NCBI GenBank assembly: GCA_026770705.1
Contig: JANJGN010000026.1
Span: forward strand, 34,782,001 to 34,846,000
Direction: 5' to 3'
Length of the DNA: 64,000 bases
DNA from: Isurus oxyrinchus
Lineage: Eukaryota
Shown: piece by piece, positions 49,671 to 63,125 of the stretch
How the letters are laid out: each line of letters begins with the position of its first letter
Numbering within the stretch: position 1 is the first letter of the stretch
Notes under the pieces: generated by a model
Seen by the model: only the letters and a program-made list of their open reading frames with translations
Database searches by the model: none
Told to the model about the DNA's origin: nothing
Made by a program: the position numbers and the translations under genes

Positions 49671-52600
49671 TTATATTCTACCCTGTCTCAGTTTTTTTCA
49701 ATCTCAACTCTGTATCAGTAATCACGTACTAGACCTTGTCTTCCTTACATTAATTTAGAGCCTGCTTCGGTAATCACTTCACTGTACCCTGCCGCAGTTT
49801 ATATCAATCAAGACCCTGTGTCAGTAATCACTGCACTGGACACTGCCTCAATTTATGTTGTATGTATCAGTCATCTCCGGACTAGACCTGTCTCAGATTA
49901 TATTAATCCAGATCCTGTAGCTGTAATCTTTGTACTTGAGGCTTTCTCAGTTTATATTAATCTAGACCCTGTAACATTAATCATTGCACGAGGCCCCGTC
50001 TCAGTTTTTATTAATCAAGATCCTATATCAGTAATCACTGCAGTAGACATTGTCTCAGTTGATATTGATCTAGACCCTGTACCAGTAATCACTGCAGTAG
50101 ACCCTGTCTCATTTTATATTGATCTTGACACCACATCAGTTAACTCTGCACTAGACTCTGTCTCACTTTATATTAGCCCGGTCCCTCTATCAGTAATCAC
50201 TGCACTAGATTAAGTCTCAGTTTATATTAATTTAGGTTCTGCAGCAGTAATCACTGCAAGAGCTCCTGTCCCAGTTATATTTATCTGGGCCCTGTATCAG
50301 TGAACAGTTCTCCAGGGCCTGTCTCAGTTTATGTTAGTTCAGACCCTGTATCAGTAATAACTGCACAACAGCTTGTCTTAGTTCGTATTAATCAAGACCC
50401 TGTTTCAGTAATCATTGCACTCGACCCTGTTCTGGTAATAATAATTTGCACCCTGAACCTAAAAGCACTGCACTGGACTGTTTTTCAGTTTATATTAATC
50501 TAAAGCCTGTACCTGTTATCACTGCACTAGGCCCTGTCCCATTTTATATGCATCCAACCCTGTAACACAAATCACGGCACCAGGCCTTGTCGCAGTTTAT
50601 ATCAATCTAAACCCTGTGTCAGTAATCACTGCACTAGACCCCATATAATTTTATATGAATTTGTACCCTATATCAGTAATCACTGCAATTGAGCCTCTAG
50701 CAGTTTATATTAATCTCGGCCCAGTATCAGTAATCTCTGCACTGTGTCCTGCCTCAGGTTTTTTTTTATCAATCTAGACCCTGTAGCAGTAATCCCTGCC
50801 CGAGTCCCACCCAGTTATATTTATCTAGGCCCTATATCAATGAACACTTCACCAGGTCCTGTCTCAATTTATGTTAGTTCAGACCATGTATCAGTAATTA
50901 CTGTACAAGAGCCTGTCTCAGTTTATATTAATCAAGCTCCTTTTTCTGTAATCACTGCACTCATCCCTGTTCTGGTTATAATAACCTGCACCCTGAATCT
51001 ATAATCACTGCACTTGGCCCTCTCTCAGTTCCTATTAACCTAGACCCTGTACCAGTAATCACAGCAGTGTATTAGTAAACACTGGGCTAGACACTGTCTC
51101 AGTTTACATTAATCTAGATCCTGTATCAGTCATCACTGCACTATGGCCTGCCTCAGTTTATATTAGTCCAGACCATCTATCAGTAATAATTGCATTAAAC
51201 CCTGTCTCACTCTATATTAATCCAGACCCTGTATCAGTAATCGCTGCACTTGGACCTATCTAAATTTATATTGATTGGGACACTGTATCAGTAATTGCAG
51301 CAATATGCCCTGCCTCAGTTTATATCAATTTATACCCTCGATCAGTAATCACTGAAATTGGCCCTCTCTCTGTTTCTATTAATCTAGACCCTGTATCAGT
51401 TATCACTGCACGAGGCTCTGCCTCAGCTTATATTAATCTAGGCTCTGCATCAGTAATTGCTGCACTGGACATTGTCTAAGTTAATATTGATTGAGACCAT
51501 GTGTCAGTAATCACTGCACTCGGCCTTGCCATAGTTTATATTAAGATAGATCCTTTGTACTATGCCATGCCTCATTTTGTTTATCAATCTAGGCCCTGTA
51601 TCAGTAATCACTGCACTAAGCCCCATCTCAGTTTACCGTAATTTAGTCCCTGCAGCTGTAATCAGTGCCAGAGCCCCTGTCCCAGTTATATTTATCTGAG
51701 CCCTGTGTCATTGAACACTGCACCAGGCCCTGTCTCAGGTTATGTTGGTTCAGACCCTGTATCAGTAATTACTGTAAAAGAGTCTGTCTCAGTTTATATT
51801 AATCAAGGCCCTGTTTCAGTAATCACTGCACTCATCCCTGTTCTGGGTATAATAATCTGCACCCTGAATCTATAATCACTGCACTTGACCCTCTCTCTGT
51901 TTCTACAGGTCCTGTCTCAGTTTATATTAATCTAGACCCTGCAACATTAATCACTCCACCAGACCCTGTCTCAGTTTTTATTAATCAAGACCCTGTATCA
52001 GTAATCACTGCAGTAGAAACTGTCTCAGTTGATATTGATCTAGACCCTGTCTCAGTTTATATTGATCTTGACACCACATCAGTTATCTCTGCACTAGACT
52101 CTGTCTCACTTTATATTAGCCTGGTCCCTCTATCAGTAACCACTGCACTAGATCCAGTCTCAGTTTATGTTAATTTAGTCACTGCAGCAGTGATGACTGC
52201 AAGATCTCCTGTCCCAGTTATATTTGTCTAGGCCCTATATCAGTGAACACTTCACCAGGCCCTGTCTCAGTTTATGTTCGTTCAGACCCTGTATCTGTAA
52301 TTACTGCACAAAAGCCTGTCTCAGTTTATATTAATCAAGGCCCTGTTTCAGTAATCACTGCACTCGACCCTGTTCTGGTTATAATAATTTGCACCCTGAA
52401 CCTAAAAGCACTGCACTGGACTATTTCTCAGTTTATATTAGTCTAAAGCCTGTAACTGTAATCACTGCACTAGGCCATGTCTCTTTTTATATGCATCCAA
52501 CCCTGTAACACAAACCACGGCACTAGGCCTTGTCTCAGTCTATCAATCTAAACCTTATACCAGTAATCACTGCACTTGAGCCTCTCTGAGTTTATATTAA

Positions 52601-55600
52601 TCTTGGCCCAGTACCAGTAATCCCTGCACTATGTCCTGCCTCAGCATTTTTTGATCAATCTAGATCCTGTTTCAGTTATCACTGCACTAGGACCCGTTTC
52701 AATATATATTAACCTAGACCTGTATCAGTAATCACTGCCCGAGCCCCTGTCCCAGTCATATTTATCTAGGTCCTTTCTCAATGAACACTTCACCAGGCCA
52801 TGTCTCAGTTTATGTTAGTTCAGACTGTGTATCAGTAATTACTGTACAAGACCTGTCTCAGTTTATATTAAGGCTCTGTTTCAGTAATCTCTGCAGTTAT
52901 CCCTGTTCTGGTTATAATAATCTTCACCCTGAATCTATAATCACTGCACTTGGCCCTCTCTCCGTTTCTATTAACCTAGACCCTGTACCAGTAATCACTG
53001 CAGTAGGCCCTGCCTCAATTTATATTTATCTCGGCTCTGTATCAGTAATCACTGCTTTGGGCATTGTCTGAGTTTATATTGATTGAGACCCTGTTTCACT
53101 AATTACTGCACAAGAACCTGTCTCAGTTTATATTAAGTTTGGTCCTGTGTCTGTAATCACTGCACTAGAGCATGCCTCAGTTTATATTAATCTAGGCCCT
53201 GTATCAGTAATCAGTGCACTTGGACCTGTCTCAGTTTATATTGATCTGGACACTGTATCCGTTATCACTGCACCAGACCCTGCCTCAGTTTATATTAATC
53301 TAGGCTCTGTGTCAGTAATCACTGCACTGGACATTGTCTGAGTTAATATTGATTGAGACCATGTGTCTGTAATCACTGCACTCAGCCTCCTACAGTTTAT
53401 ATTAAGCTAGACCTTGTGTTAGTAATCACTGCACTGAGCCCTGTCTCAGTTTATATTGATCCTGATTCTGTACTTAAGCACTGCACCAGACCATGTCTCA
53501 ATTTAGATTAATCCTGACACTGTATCAGTAATCCCGGCACTATGCCCTGTCTCAGTTTTTATCAATCTAGACCCTGTATCTGTAATCACTGCACTAGGCC
53601 TGGTCTCAGGATATATTAATCTACACCCTGTATCAATCATCACTGCATTAGTCCCTGCATCAGTTTATATTGATTTAGACTTTGCATCAGTTCTTTCTGC
53701 ACTAGAGCCTGTCTCAGTTTATATTTACCTGGACCCAGTATCAGTAATCACTGACTATGGTCTGCCTCAGTTTATATCAAACTAGACCCTCTATCTGTAA
53801 TCTCTGCACTTGGCAGTGTCTCCACTTTTATTAATCAAGACCCTGCATCAGTAATCACTGCAATGAACACTGTCTGCATATATATTGATCTGGGCTCTGT
53901 ATCACTGAAATATACCCTACCTAAGTTTATATCAAATAGACCCTGTATCAGTAATCACTGCACAAGATCCTGTCACAGTTTATATTAACATAGACCCTGA
54001 ACCAGTCATCATTGCACAATGCCCTGCCTCAGTTTATATCAATTAAGACCCTGTAACAGTAATCTCTGCACTAGGCCCTGTCTCAGTTTATATTAGTCCA
54101 GATCCTCTATCAGTAATCACTGCACTAGGCTCTATCTCCATTGATATTGATCTAGAATTTGTATCAGTAGTCACTGCAAAGGACACTGATACAGTTTATA
54201 TTGTTCCGTATCCTGTATCATTATCACTGCACTAGCACTTCTCCTAGTTTATATTTATCAAGGCCTTGTCTCAGTTTATACTAATCTGGACCTTGTATCA
54301 GCAATTGCTGCACTATGCCTTGTCTCAGTTTTTTTAATCAATCTAGACCCTGTATCAGTAACCACTGCACTAGGCCCTAACTCAGTTTATATTAATTTAG
54401 CCCCTGCAGCAGTAATCACTATCCGAGCCCCTGTCCCAGTCATATTTATCTGGGTCCTATGTCAGTGAACAGTGCACCAGGCTCTGTCTCAGGTTATGTT
54501 AGTTCAGGCCATGTATCAGTGATTACTTTACTAGAGCCTGATTCAGTTTATATTAATCAAGGCCCTGTTTCAGTAATCACTGCACTCGTCCCTGTTCTGA
54601 TTATAATAATCTGCACCCTGAATCTATAATCACTGCACTTTGCCTTCTCTCTGTTTCTATTAACCTAGACCCTGCATCAGTAATCAATTCAATATGCCCT
54701 GTCTTAGATTATATCAATCTAGACCCTAAATCAGTAATCGCTGCACTAGGCTGTGCCTCAGTTCATATTAATTTAGACCATATATCAGTAATCACTGCAC
54801 TAGACACTATCTCTGTTTTATATTTATCAAGACCTTGGATCAGTAATCACTGCAGAAGACACAGTCTCATGTTATATTAATCCAGACCCTGCATCATTAA
54901 TCACTGCACTGGACCTAATTTCAGTTTATACTGATGTACACCCTGTAACCGTAATCACTTCAATGGACACTGTCTCAGTTTATATTGATCCTCATCCTGT
55001 ATCATTAATCACTGCACTAGCCCCTGCCCTAGTTTATATTGCTCTCCTCCCTGTGTCGGTAATCACTGCACTAGGCCCTGCCTCACTTTATATCAACCTG
55101 GACCATCTATCAGTAATCACTGCACTAGGCACTGTCTCAGTTTATATTGATCTTGACCCTGTATCGGTAATCACTGCAATGTGGCCTGCCTCAGTTCATA
55201 TTAATCTGGTCCCTAAATCAGTAATCGCTGCACTAGGCCCTGCCTCAGTTCATATTAATTTAGGCCATGTATCAGTAATCACTGCAATGGGCACTGCCTC
55301 AGTTTATATTGATCCTGATCCCGTATCATGAATCACTGCACCAGCCTCTGTCTTATTTTATATTCACCTCGGCCCTGTATCAGTAATCACTGCACTCGGC
55401 TCTGTCTCAGTTTACATTAACCTAGACCTTGTATCATTAATCTCCGCACTATGCCCCTCCTCTGTCTTTATCATCTAGACCCTGTATCAGTCATCATTGC
55501 ATTAGGCTCTGTCTCAGTTTATTTTGATCTAGATCGCGTATCAGTAATCATTGCACTAGCCACTGTCCTCATTTTTATTTATCTAGGCCTTGCATCAGTA

Positions 55601-57150
55601 ATCACTGCACTATGGCCTGCCTCAGCTTATGTCAATCCAGATCCTGTATCAGTAATCACTTCTCTCGACCCTGTCTCAGTTTATATTAGTCCACACTCTG
55701 TATGAATAATGACAGAGCTAGAAAATGCCTCAGTTTATATGAGTCCAGACCCTGTATCAGTAATCACTGCACTGGCCCCCATCCCAGTATATGTTTATAT
55801 AGACCCTGGATCAGTAATCACTGCACTAGACCGAGCGTCAGTTTATATCAATCTAAACCTTATAGCAGTAATCACTGCACTAGACCGAGCGTCAGTTTAT
55901 ATCAATCTAAACCCTATAGCAGTAATCACTGCACTAGGCTCTGTCTCAAGTTCTATTAATCTAGACCCTGTATCAGTAATCACTGCACTTGACCCTATCT
56001 CAGTTTATATTGCTGTAGGCCCTGCATCATAATCACTGCAATCGACACTGTCTCATTTTATATTAATCTAGGCCCTGTATCAGTAATCACTGCACTATGC
56101 CATGCCTCCATTTATATCAATCTGTATCCTGTTTTAGTAATCACTGCACTAGGCCTTAATTCAATTTATATTAGTCCAGAACCTGTATCAGTAATGACAG
56201 AACTAGAGAATGACTCAGTTTATTTTAGTCCAGACACTGTAACAGTGATCATTGCACTAGCCCCTGTCCCAGTTTATATTTATCTAGACCCTGTATCAAT
56301 AATCACTGCACAATGCCCTGTCTCAGTTTATATCAAGCTGGAGCCTGTATCAGTAATCACAGCACTTTACCCTGTCTCAGTTCATATTAATCAAGACTCT
56401 GTATCAGTAATCACTCGACTGGACACTGTCTCAGTTTATATTGATCTAGACCATGTATCAGTAATCACTGCACTTGGTCCTGTCTCAGTTTATATTAGTC
56501 TAGATCCTTTAAGAGTAATCATTGGACTAGCCCCTGCATCAGTTTATATCAACCTAGACCCAGTAACAGTAATCACTGCACTTGGCCGCGTCTCAAGTTT
56601 TATTAATCTAGACCCTGTATCAGTAATTACTGAACTGGACACTGCCTCAGTTTATATTGATCTAGACCATATATCATAATCAGTGCAAAGGACACTGTCT
56701 CTGTTTATATTGATCTGCACCCTGTATCTGTAATCATTGCACTACCCGCTGTCCTAGTTTATTTTTATCTCAGCCCTGTATGAGTAATCACTACACTATG
56801 GCTTGCCTCAATGTTTTCAACCTCAACCCCGTATCAGTAATCACTGCACTGGACATTGTCTGAATTTATATTGATCGAGACCCTGTATCAGTAAACACTG
56901 GACTAGACCCTGTCCCGGTTTATATTAATTGAGATCCTGTGTCTGTAATCACCACACTCGAGCGTGTCTCAGTTCATATTAATCTAGATCCTGTATCAGT
57001 CATCACTGCATGTGAGCCTGTCTCAGTTTACATTAATCTAGACACTGTATCAGTAAGAACTGCACTAGGCCCTGTCTCAGTTCTTGATAATCTAGACTCT
57101 CCATTAGTAAGCACTGCACTAGGCACTGTCTCAGTTTATATCAATCTGGA

Positions 57151-58460
57151 TAAAAGCAGAATAGTGCGGATGCTGGAAATCTGAAAGAAAAGCATAAAAT
57201 GCTGGTAAATCACAGCAGGTCTGACACAACCTGTGGTAAGAGAAGCAGAACTAACTTCCTGTGATTGTATGACCTTCCTCAGAGCTAAAGAGAAGTCAAA
57301 ATGTGATGACATTTGCTGATTAAGCGGGGTGGAGCAGGTCAGGCTGGATAGAAGGCAAGCAATAGGTAGGAGTAAGGTGACACTGACAAACATATCATAG
57401 GCAAACAGAAAAAGGGAGTGTTAATGGCAGTAGTAAGGCTAAAGTAGGTGCTAATAGAGTCATAAAGGTAAGAAAGCAGAATGTATTAGCAGCAGAGCCA
57501 GAATCAGCACACAGTGCAAGAACAACATGGTACAAGTAACTGATTGCCCTTTTGGGGGTGTGGTAGGGGTGGTTGGGGGAAAACGGTATAAAAAGGAATA
57601 AAAAAAGGGATAAAAAAGAGGATAAAACAATGAATAAATGAATAAGACTGTAAAGGGCATAATTGGAAGATGAGTTTCTGTTCCTCCAGTTTGCGTTGGG
57701 CTACACTGGGACAATGCAGCAGGTCAAAGAGGGAGATTTGGGTATCAGAGCAGGATGGCATGTTGAATTTGCAAGCGACATGAAGGTCTAGGTCATGCTT
57801 GAAGATAGACCGAAGGTGTTCCACAAAGCGACCTGCCAATCTGTGTTTGATGTCCCCAATCTAGAGGATACTGCACTGGGAGCATCGAATCCAGTAGGCC
57901 AAATTGAAGGAGGTGCTATGAAGAGGTTCTTCACCTGAAACGAGTGTTTGGGCCCTAGGACAGTGAGGAGGGAGGAGGTAAAGGAGCAGGTGTTGCATCT
58001 TCTCTGATTGCTTGGGAAGGAGCCAAGGGAAGGGATGAGGTGTTGCGGGTGATGGAGGAGTGGACCAGGGCGTCCCGGAGGGAATAGTCCCTATGGAATG
58101 CCGACAGGGGTGGGGTGAAGTGGTGAGGGGAAGGTGTATTTGATGGTGGCATCATGTTGGTCTTAGCAGAAATGCCGGAGGGTGATCCTTTGAATGCGGG
58201 GGTGGTGGGATGAAATGTGAGGGAAAGTGGGACCCTATCATGATTCTGGGAGAGAGAGGAATGTGTGAAAGCGGAGACACGGGAGATGGGTCAGACACAG
58301 TTCAGGGCCCTGTCAACCACAGTGGGTGGGAAACCTTGGTTAAGGAAGAAGGAAGGCTTGTCAGAAGCATCGATTTGGATAGTGGCATCATCAGAACAGA
58401 TGTGAAGGAGGTGAATGAACTGAGAATGGAATGACTTTTTTCCAGCATTTTCTGTTTTTA
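57151..58460 (-). mobile_element. Penelope-like element (RT C-terminus, GIY-YIG, pseudo-LTR) inserted in the satellite
   Basis: FFLNQGFPPTVVDRAL, AFHRDYSLRDALVHS and GRFVEHLRSI remnants; pLTR at about 57151-57300. Confidence 0.88.
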
Positions 58461-59074
58461 ATATCAACCTAGACCCTGTATCAGTAATTACTGCATTGGA
58501 CCCCTCCTTCGCTGACATTAATTTTGGCCCTGTATAAGTTATCACTTCACTAGACCCTGTCTCAGTTTATATCAATCTAAACCCTGTATCAGTAATCACT
58601 GCAGTAGGCCCAGTCTCAGCTTATGTTAATCAAGGCCTTGTTTTAATAATTCCTACAGATCCCCTGTTCAATTTATTTCAAGCCCTCATTTGTAACTGTA
58701 AACGCTAGATTACACTTTGCTTAGGTTATTGTTGTACAGGTGAATGTCACTGTTCAAAGTACAATGGGCCCTATCTTGTTTATTATTACAGCCGTCCATA
58801 TCTCTACTTGTGTTCCAATTGGTTCATTCCCAGTTATCACTCCACCTGACCCTGCTGTTGTTTTTATCATTAGGTCTTGCGCCAGTTATTACTACGTTAG
58901 GCCATGCTTCTGTGGACACTTCAATTAACCCTTTTCCAGTTTGCACTGTAGTACAACCATGTTTTAATTTATATTTCACTGCAACTTGTGTTTCGTTATT
59001 TTACACTGAACAATGCTTCAGTGATCACTACCCTTGACCTGATGGCCTTGTCTCAGTGATGACTGAACTGGACC

Positions 59075-59750
59075 ATATGATCATACGAGCATACGAAGAA
59101 AGAGCAGGAGTAGGCCATTCAGGCCCTCGAGCCTGCTGCACCATTTAATAAGATCATGGCTGAGCTGACAGTAACATGAAATCTGCATCCCGCCGACCCC
59201 CGATGACCTATCACCCCCTTGCTTACCAAGAATCTATCCACCCCTGCCTTAAAAATATTCAAAGGCTCTGCTTCCACTGCCTTTTTAGGAAGAGATTCCC
59301 AAAGACTCATGTCCCTGAGGGTGAAAAAAAAATCACCTCATCTCCGTTTCACATGGGTGACCCCTTATTTTAAACAGTGACTCCCTTGTTCTAGATTCTC
59401 CCACAAGAGGAAACATCTTCTCCACATCCACCCTGTCAAGACCACTCAGGTTTATATGTTTCAGTCAAGTCGCCTCTTACTCTTCTAAACTCCAGAAGAC
59501 ATAAGCCAAGCCTGTCCAACCATTCCTCAGTAGACAACTCACCCATTCCAAGTATTAGTCTAGTAAACCTTCTCTGAACCTCTTACAACACACTTAAATC
59601 CTTCTTTAAATAAGGTGACCAATACAGACACAGTCCACCAAACATGGTCTCACTGGTGCCCTGTATAACTGAAGAATAACTTCAGTACATTTGTATTCAA
59701 TTCCCTTGCAATATATGATAACATTGTTTTAACCTTCCCAATTACTTACT
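59075..59750 (-). mobile_element. CR1 3' end
   Basis: SLWESLPKKAVEAEPLNIFKAGVDRFL and tail. Confidence 0.88.
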
Positions 59751-60019
59751 ATTTCTCCTTTTATCTTTCTCTCAGCATTGCATCAGTGTATATATGCTAT
59801 CTGCAGTTTAACTTATTAATGCACTGGACCATGCCTCTATATACACTTCAATTGACCTTTTCTCAGTTATTAATGCACTAGACTATGTCTCTGTTTATAT
59901 TACATTATATGATGCTTCATTTATTAATGCACATAGCTGTGCCTCTATACATACTGCAAGTGACAATTCCTGAGCTACTGTTGCATTGCACAAAGTCTCC
60001 GTTTGTATATATTAGGGTT

Positions 60020-61165
60020 TACCTGACAGCCAACTTGTGAGAAAAGTTATTGCTCTTTGAATAAAAGGGGCAGAAGCTAAGTGTATACAAAATTAGCTGA
60101 AAAAAAGGAAGCAGGGAGCAAGGGTCAATGGATGTTTTTCGGGCTGGAGGAAGGTTTGTAGTGCAGTTCCCCAGGGGTCGGTATTGGGACCCTTACTTTT
60201 CCTGATATATATTAAACATCTAGGCCTTGGTGTGCAGGGGACAATTTGAAAGTTTGCGGATAATAGGAGTGTTGCAAACTACCAGGAGAACTGTGTGAAA
60301 CTTCAAGAGAACACAGACAAGTTGGTGGAGTGGGCAGATAGGTGGCAGATGAAATTCAATGTGGAGAAGTGTGAGGTGATGCATTTTGGTAAGAGGAACA
60401 TGGACAGGCAAAATAAATAAGGGGTGGCGTTTTGAAAGGAGTGCAGGAGCAGAAAGACTTGCAGTAGATATGCATAGATCATTGAAAGTGGCAGGACAGG
60501 TGGAGAGAGCAGTTAATAAAGCATATAGTATCTTGCGCTCTATTAATAGGGGCATGAAGTACAGGAGCAGGGAGGTTATGCTGAATTTATATAAGGCCCT
60601 CGTTAGACCTCAGCTGGAATATTGTGTACCATCTTTGGTACCATATAGTAGGAAGGATGTAAAGATATTGGAGAGAGTGCTGAAGAGGTTTACAAGAATA
60701 TTCCCAGGGATGAGAAACCTCAGATATGAGGATAGATTGGAGAAGTTGGGATTATGTTCCATGGAGAGGAGAAGGCTGAGAGGAGATTTGATTGAAGTTT
60801 TCAAAATCATGAGTGGGCTGGACAGAGTAGAGAGGAAGAAGCTGTTCCCACTCATAAAAGGATAAAGAACGAAAGGGCACAGGTTTAAAGTGATTTGCAA
60901 AAGAAGCAAATGTGAAGTGAGAAAAAGCTTTTTCACAGGAGTTGTTCGGGTCTGGAATAAACTGCTGGAAGCATGAGGGAGGGATGTTCAATAGAGGCAT
61001 TCAAGAGGGCATTAAATGATTATTTGAATAGAAACAAAGTGCAAGAGTGCTGGGAAAAGCCAGGATAATGGCACTAGGTCAGAATGCCCATTTGGAGAAC
61101 CAATGCAGACAAGATGGGCCGAACGGCCTCTTTCTGTGCCATTAAAGTTCTGTGATTCTATGATC
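60020..61165 (+). mobile_element. CR1 RT and 3' end, frameshifted
   Basis: VPQGSVLGPLLFLIYI, LYKALVRPQLEYC, RLRGDLIEVFKIM; tail ending in GATTCTATGAT. Confidence 0.92.
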
Positions 61166-61762
61166 CTGTGATATTACTGTATTAGGCTGCTTCATTCATT
61201 ACTGTACTCTTCTATGTCTCACCTTATATTATAAGGGTCCTATCCCATTTATTAATACACTAGACCAAGTCTCAGTTATTACTGCCCTTTAAAAAGCCTC
61301 TGCTGGGTAGAGCTAGAGAGAAAGGCAGTTGGATAGGTGGGTATTAATTTTTAAAATGTTATAATATCCTGTAGGTAAAAAGGTTTTGGAAGAATACATT
61401 TAGTCTTGTTACTAACTATCCGACGTTGTGTGCAATTTCTAATTGCTCTGGTGTGATGTGTGTAATGTTTGTGTTGAATGGTTGGGCTGAATCTTGTAAC
61501 ATACCTTTCATCAGTGAGGTTGAGGAACAGAAATAACGGTGAACCACATTGCATTGTACATTGCACAACTGAGTCACAAACTGCATTGTGTTGGAGATGA
61601 CTAATTCGTACTTGAGTTGATCAGTGGCAATTGCTCACAGTTTTCTTTAATTTCCAGATATTTTTCACCTTTCCAATAGGAATTTCTGTTTGCTTTTGGT
61701 GTGGCCACTGATTGTGAGAGACAGGGTCTGAAGCTGCATCCTCAGGCGAATGGGCGGCCGTA

Positions 61763-62943
61763 GGCTCCTAATAACCAAAACAGAATTAAAAATACCTGGA
61801 AAAACTCAGCAGGCCTGGCAGCATTTGCGGAGAGGAACACAGTTAGCATTTCGAGTCCATATGACTCTTCAACAGAACTAAGGAAAAATAGAAAAGAGGT
61901 GAAATATAAGCTTGTTTGGGATGGGGGGTGGAGGGGGATGGTGGCGGCGGTGGTGGGTAGGACAGGTAGAGATGGATAGAGGACCAATGACAGGTGGAGA
62001 TAGCCAAAAGATGTCATAGACAAAAGGACAAAGAGGTGTTGAAGGTGGTGATATTATCTAAGGAATGTGCTAATTAAGGGTAGAAAGCAGGACAAGCAAG
62101 GTACAGTGGGGGTGGGGTGCGGTGAAGAGAAGGGATCGAAATAGTCTAAAAGATAGAGATAAAACAATGGATGGAAATACATTTTAAAATAATGGAAATG
62201 GGTGGGAAAAGAAAAATCTATATAAATTATTGGAAAAAAATAGGGGGATCGGAAAGGGGGTGGGGATGGAGGAGAGAGTTCATGATCTAAAATTGTTGAA
62301 CTCAATATTCAGTCCGGAAGGCTGTAAAGTGCCTAGCTGGAAGAATATTGAGTTCAACAATTTTAGATAACAAACTCTCTCCTCCATCATTATCCCCTTT
62401 CTGATATGGCTTTTTTGCCAATAATTTATATAGATTTTTCTTCTCCCACCTATTTCCATTATTTTTAAATGTATTTCCATCCATTGTTTTATCTCTAGCT
62501 TTTAGCCTATTTCGATCCCTTCCCTTCACCCCACCCCACCCCCACTAGAGCTATCTGTACCTTGCTTGTCCTGCTTTCTACCCTTAATTAGCACATTCCT
62601 TCGATAATATCACCATCTTCAACACCAGTTTGTCCTTTTGTCTATTACATCTTTTGGCAATCTCTACCTATCACTGGCCCTCTATCCAGCTCTACCTGTA
62701 CCACCACCAACCTCCCCCACCCCCGACCCCGCACCCTCCACCCCACCCTTAAACCAGCTTATATTTCACCTCTTTTCTATTTTGACTTCGTTCTGTTGAA
62801 GCGTCATTCGGACTCGAAACATTAACTGTGTTCCTTTCCACAGATGCTGCCAGACCTGCTGAGATTTTGCATGTATTTTTATTTTTGTTTTGGATTTCCT
62901 GCATCCACAGTTTTTTGCTTTTATTTTGGCTCCTAATAACCAA
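61763..62943. mobile_element. Fold-back Penelope-like insertion (two inverted pLTR arms) with 16-bp target-site duplication
   Basis: GGCTCCTAATAACCAA at 61763-61778 and 62928-62943. Arms about 61779-62310 and 62343-62890 are reverse complements. Confidence 0.88.
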
Positions 62944-62959
62944 TGTTCTTGTGAGTGAA

Positions 62960-63125
62960 AGATGTGTGTGTGTCTGTGTGTGTGTGCATTTGTTTGTGCC
63001 ACTGTGTGTGTATCTGTGGGTCTCTGTGTGTGTGTGTGTCTGTGTGTCGCTGTTTGTGTGTCTGCGTGGCTCTGTCTGTGTGTGGCTGTGTGTGAATGTG
63101 TGCAGCTGTATGTGTGATTGTGGAT
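62960..63125. repeat. (TG)n-rich tract
   Basis: Visible. Confidence 0.9.

Larger units (their letters stand above)
48120..58630 (+). repeat. 54-bp satellite (dimer of related 27-mers GACCCTGTATCAGTAATCACTGCACTA + GGCCCTGTCTCAGTTTATATTAATCTA)
   Basis: Continuous array interrupted by a CR1 and a Penelope insertion. Decayed copies extend from about 40.4 to 61.3 kb. Confidence 0.97.

Noticed and set aside
49818-57184. Repeat-protein ORFs (DPVSVITAL…) or a CRISPR-like array
   Set aside because: There are no unique spacers, and frameshifts and stops are frequent. It is a tandem satellite in a vertebrate genome.
48120-58630. CACTGCA in the satellite as arrays of cryptic RSS heptamers
   Set aside because: No nonamer-like sequence at 12 or 23 bp in the consensus.
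60386-60865. Active LINE ORF2
   Set aside because: It is 5'-truncated with frameshifts and stops, as are all retroelement copies in the window.
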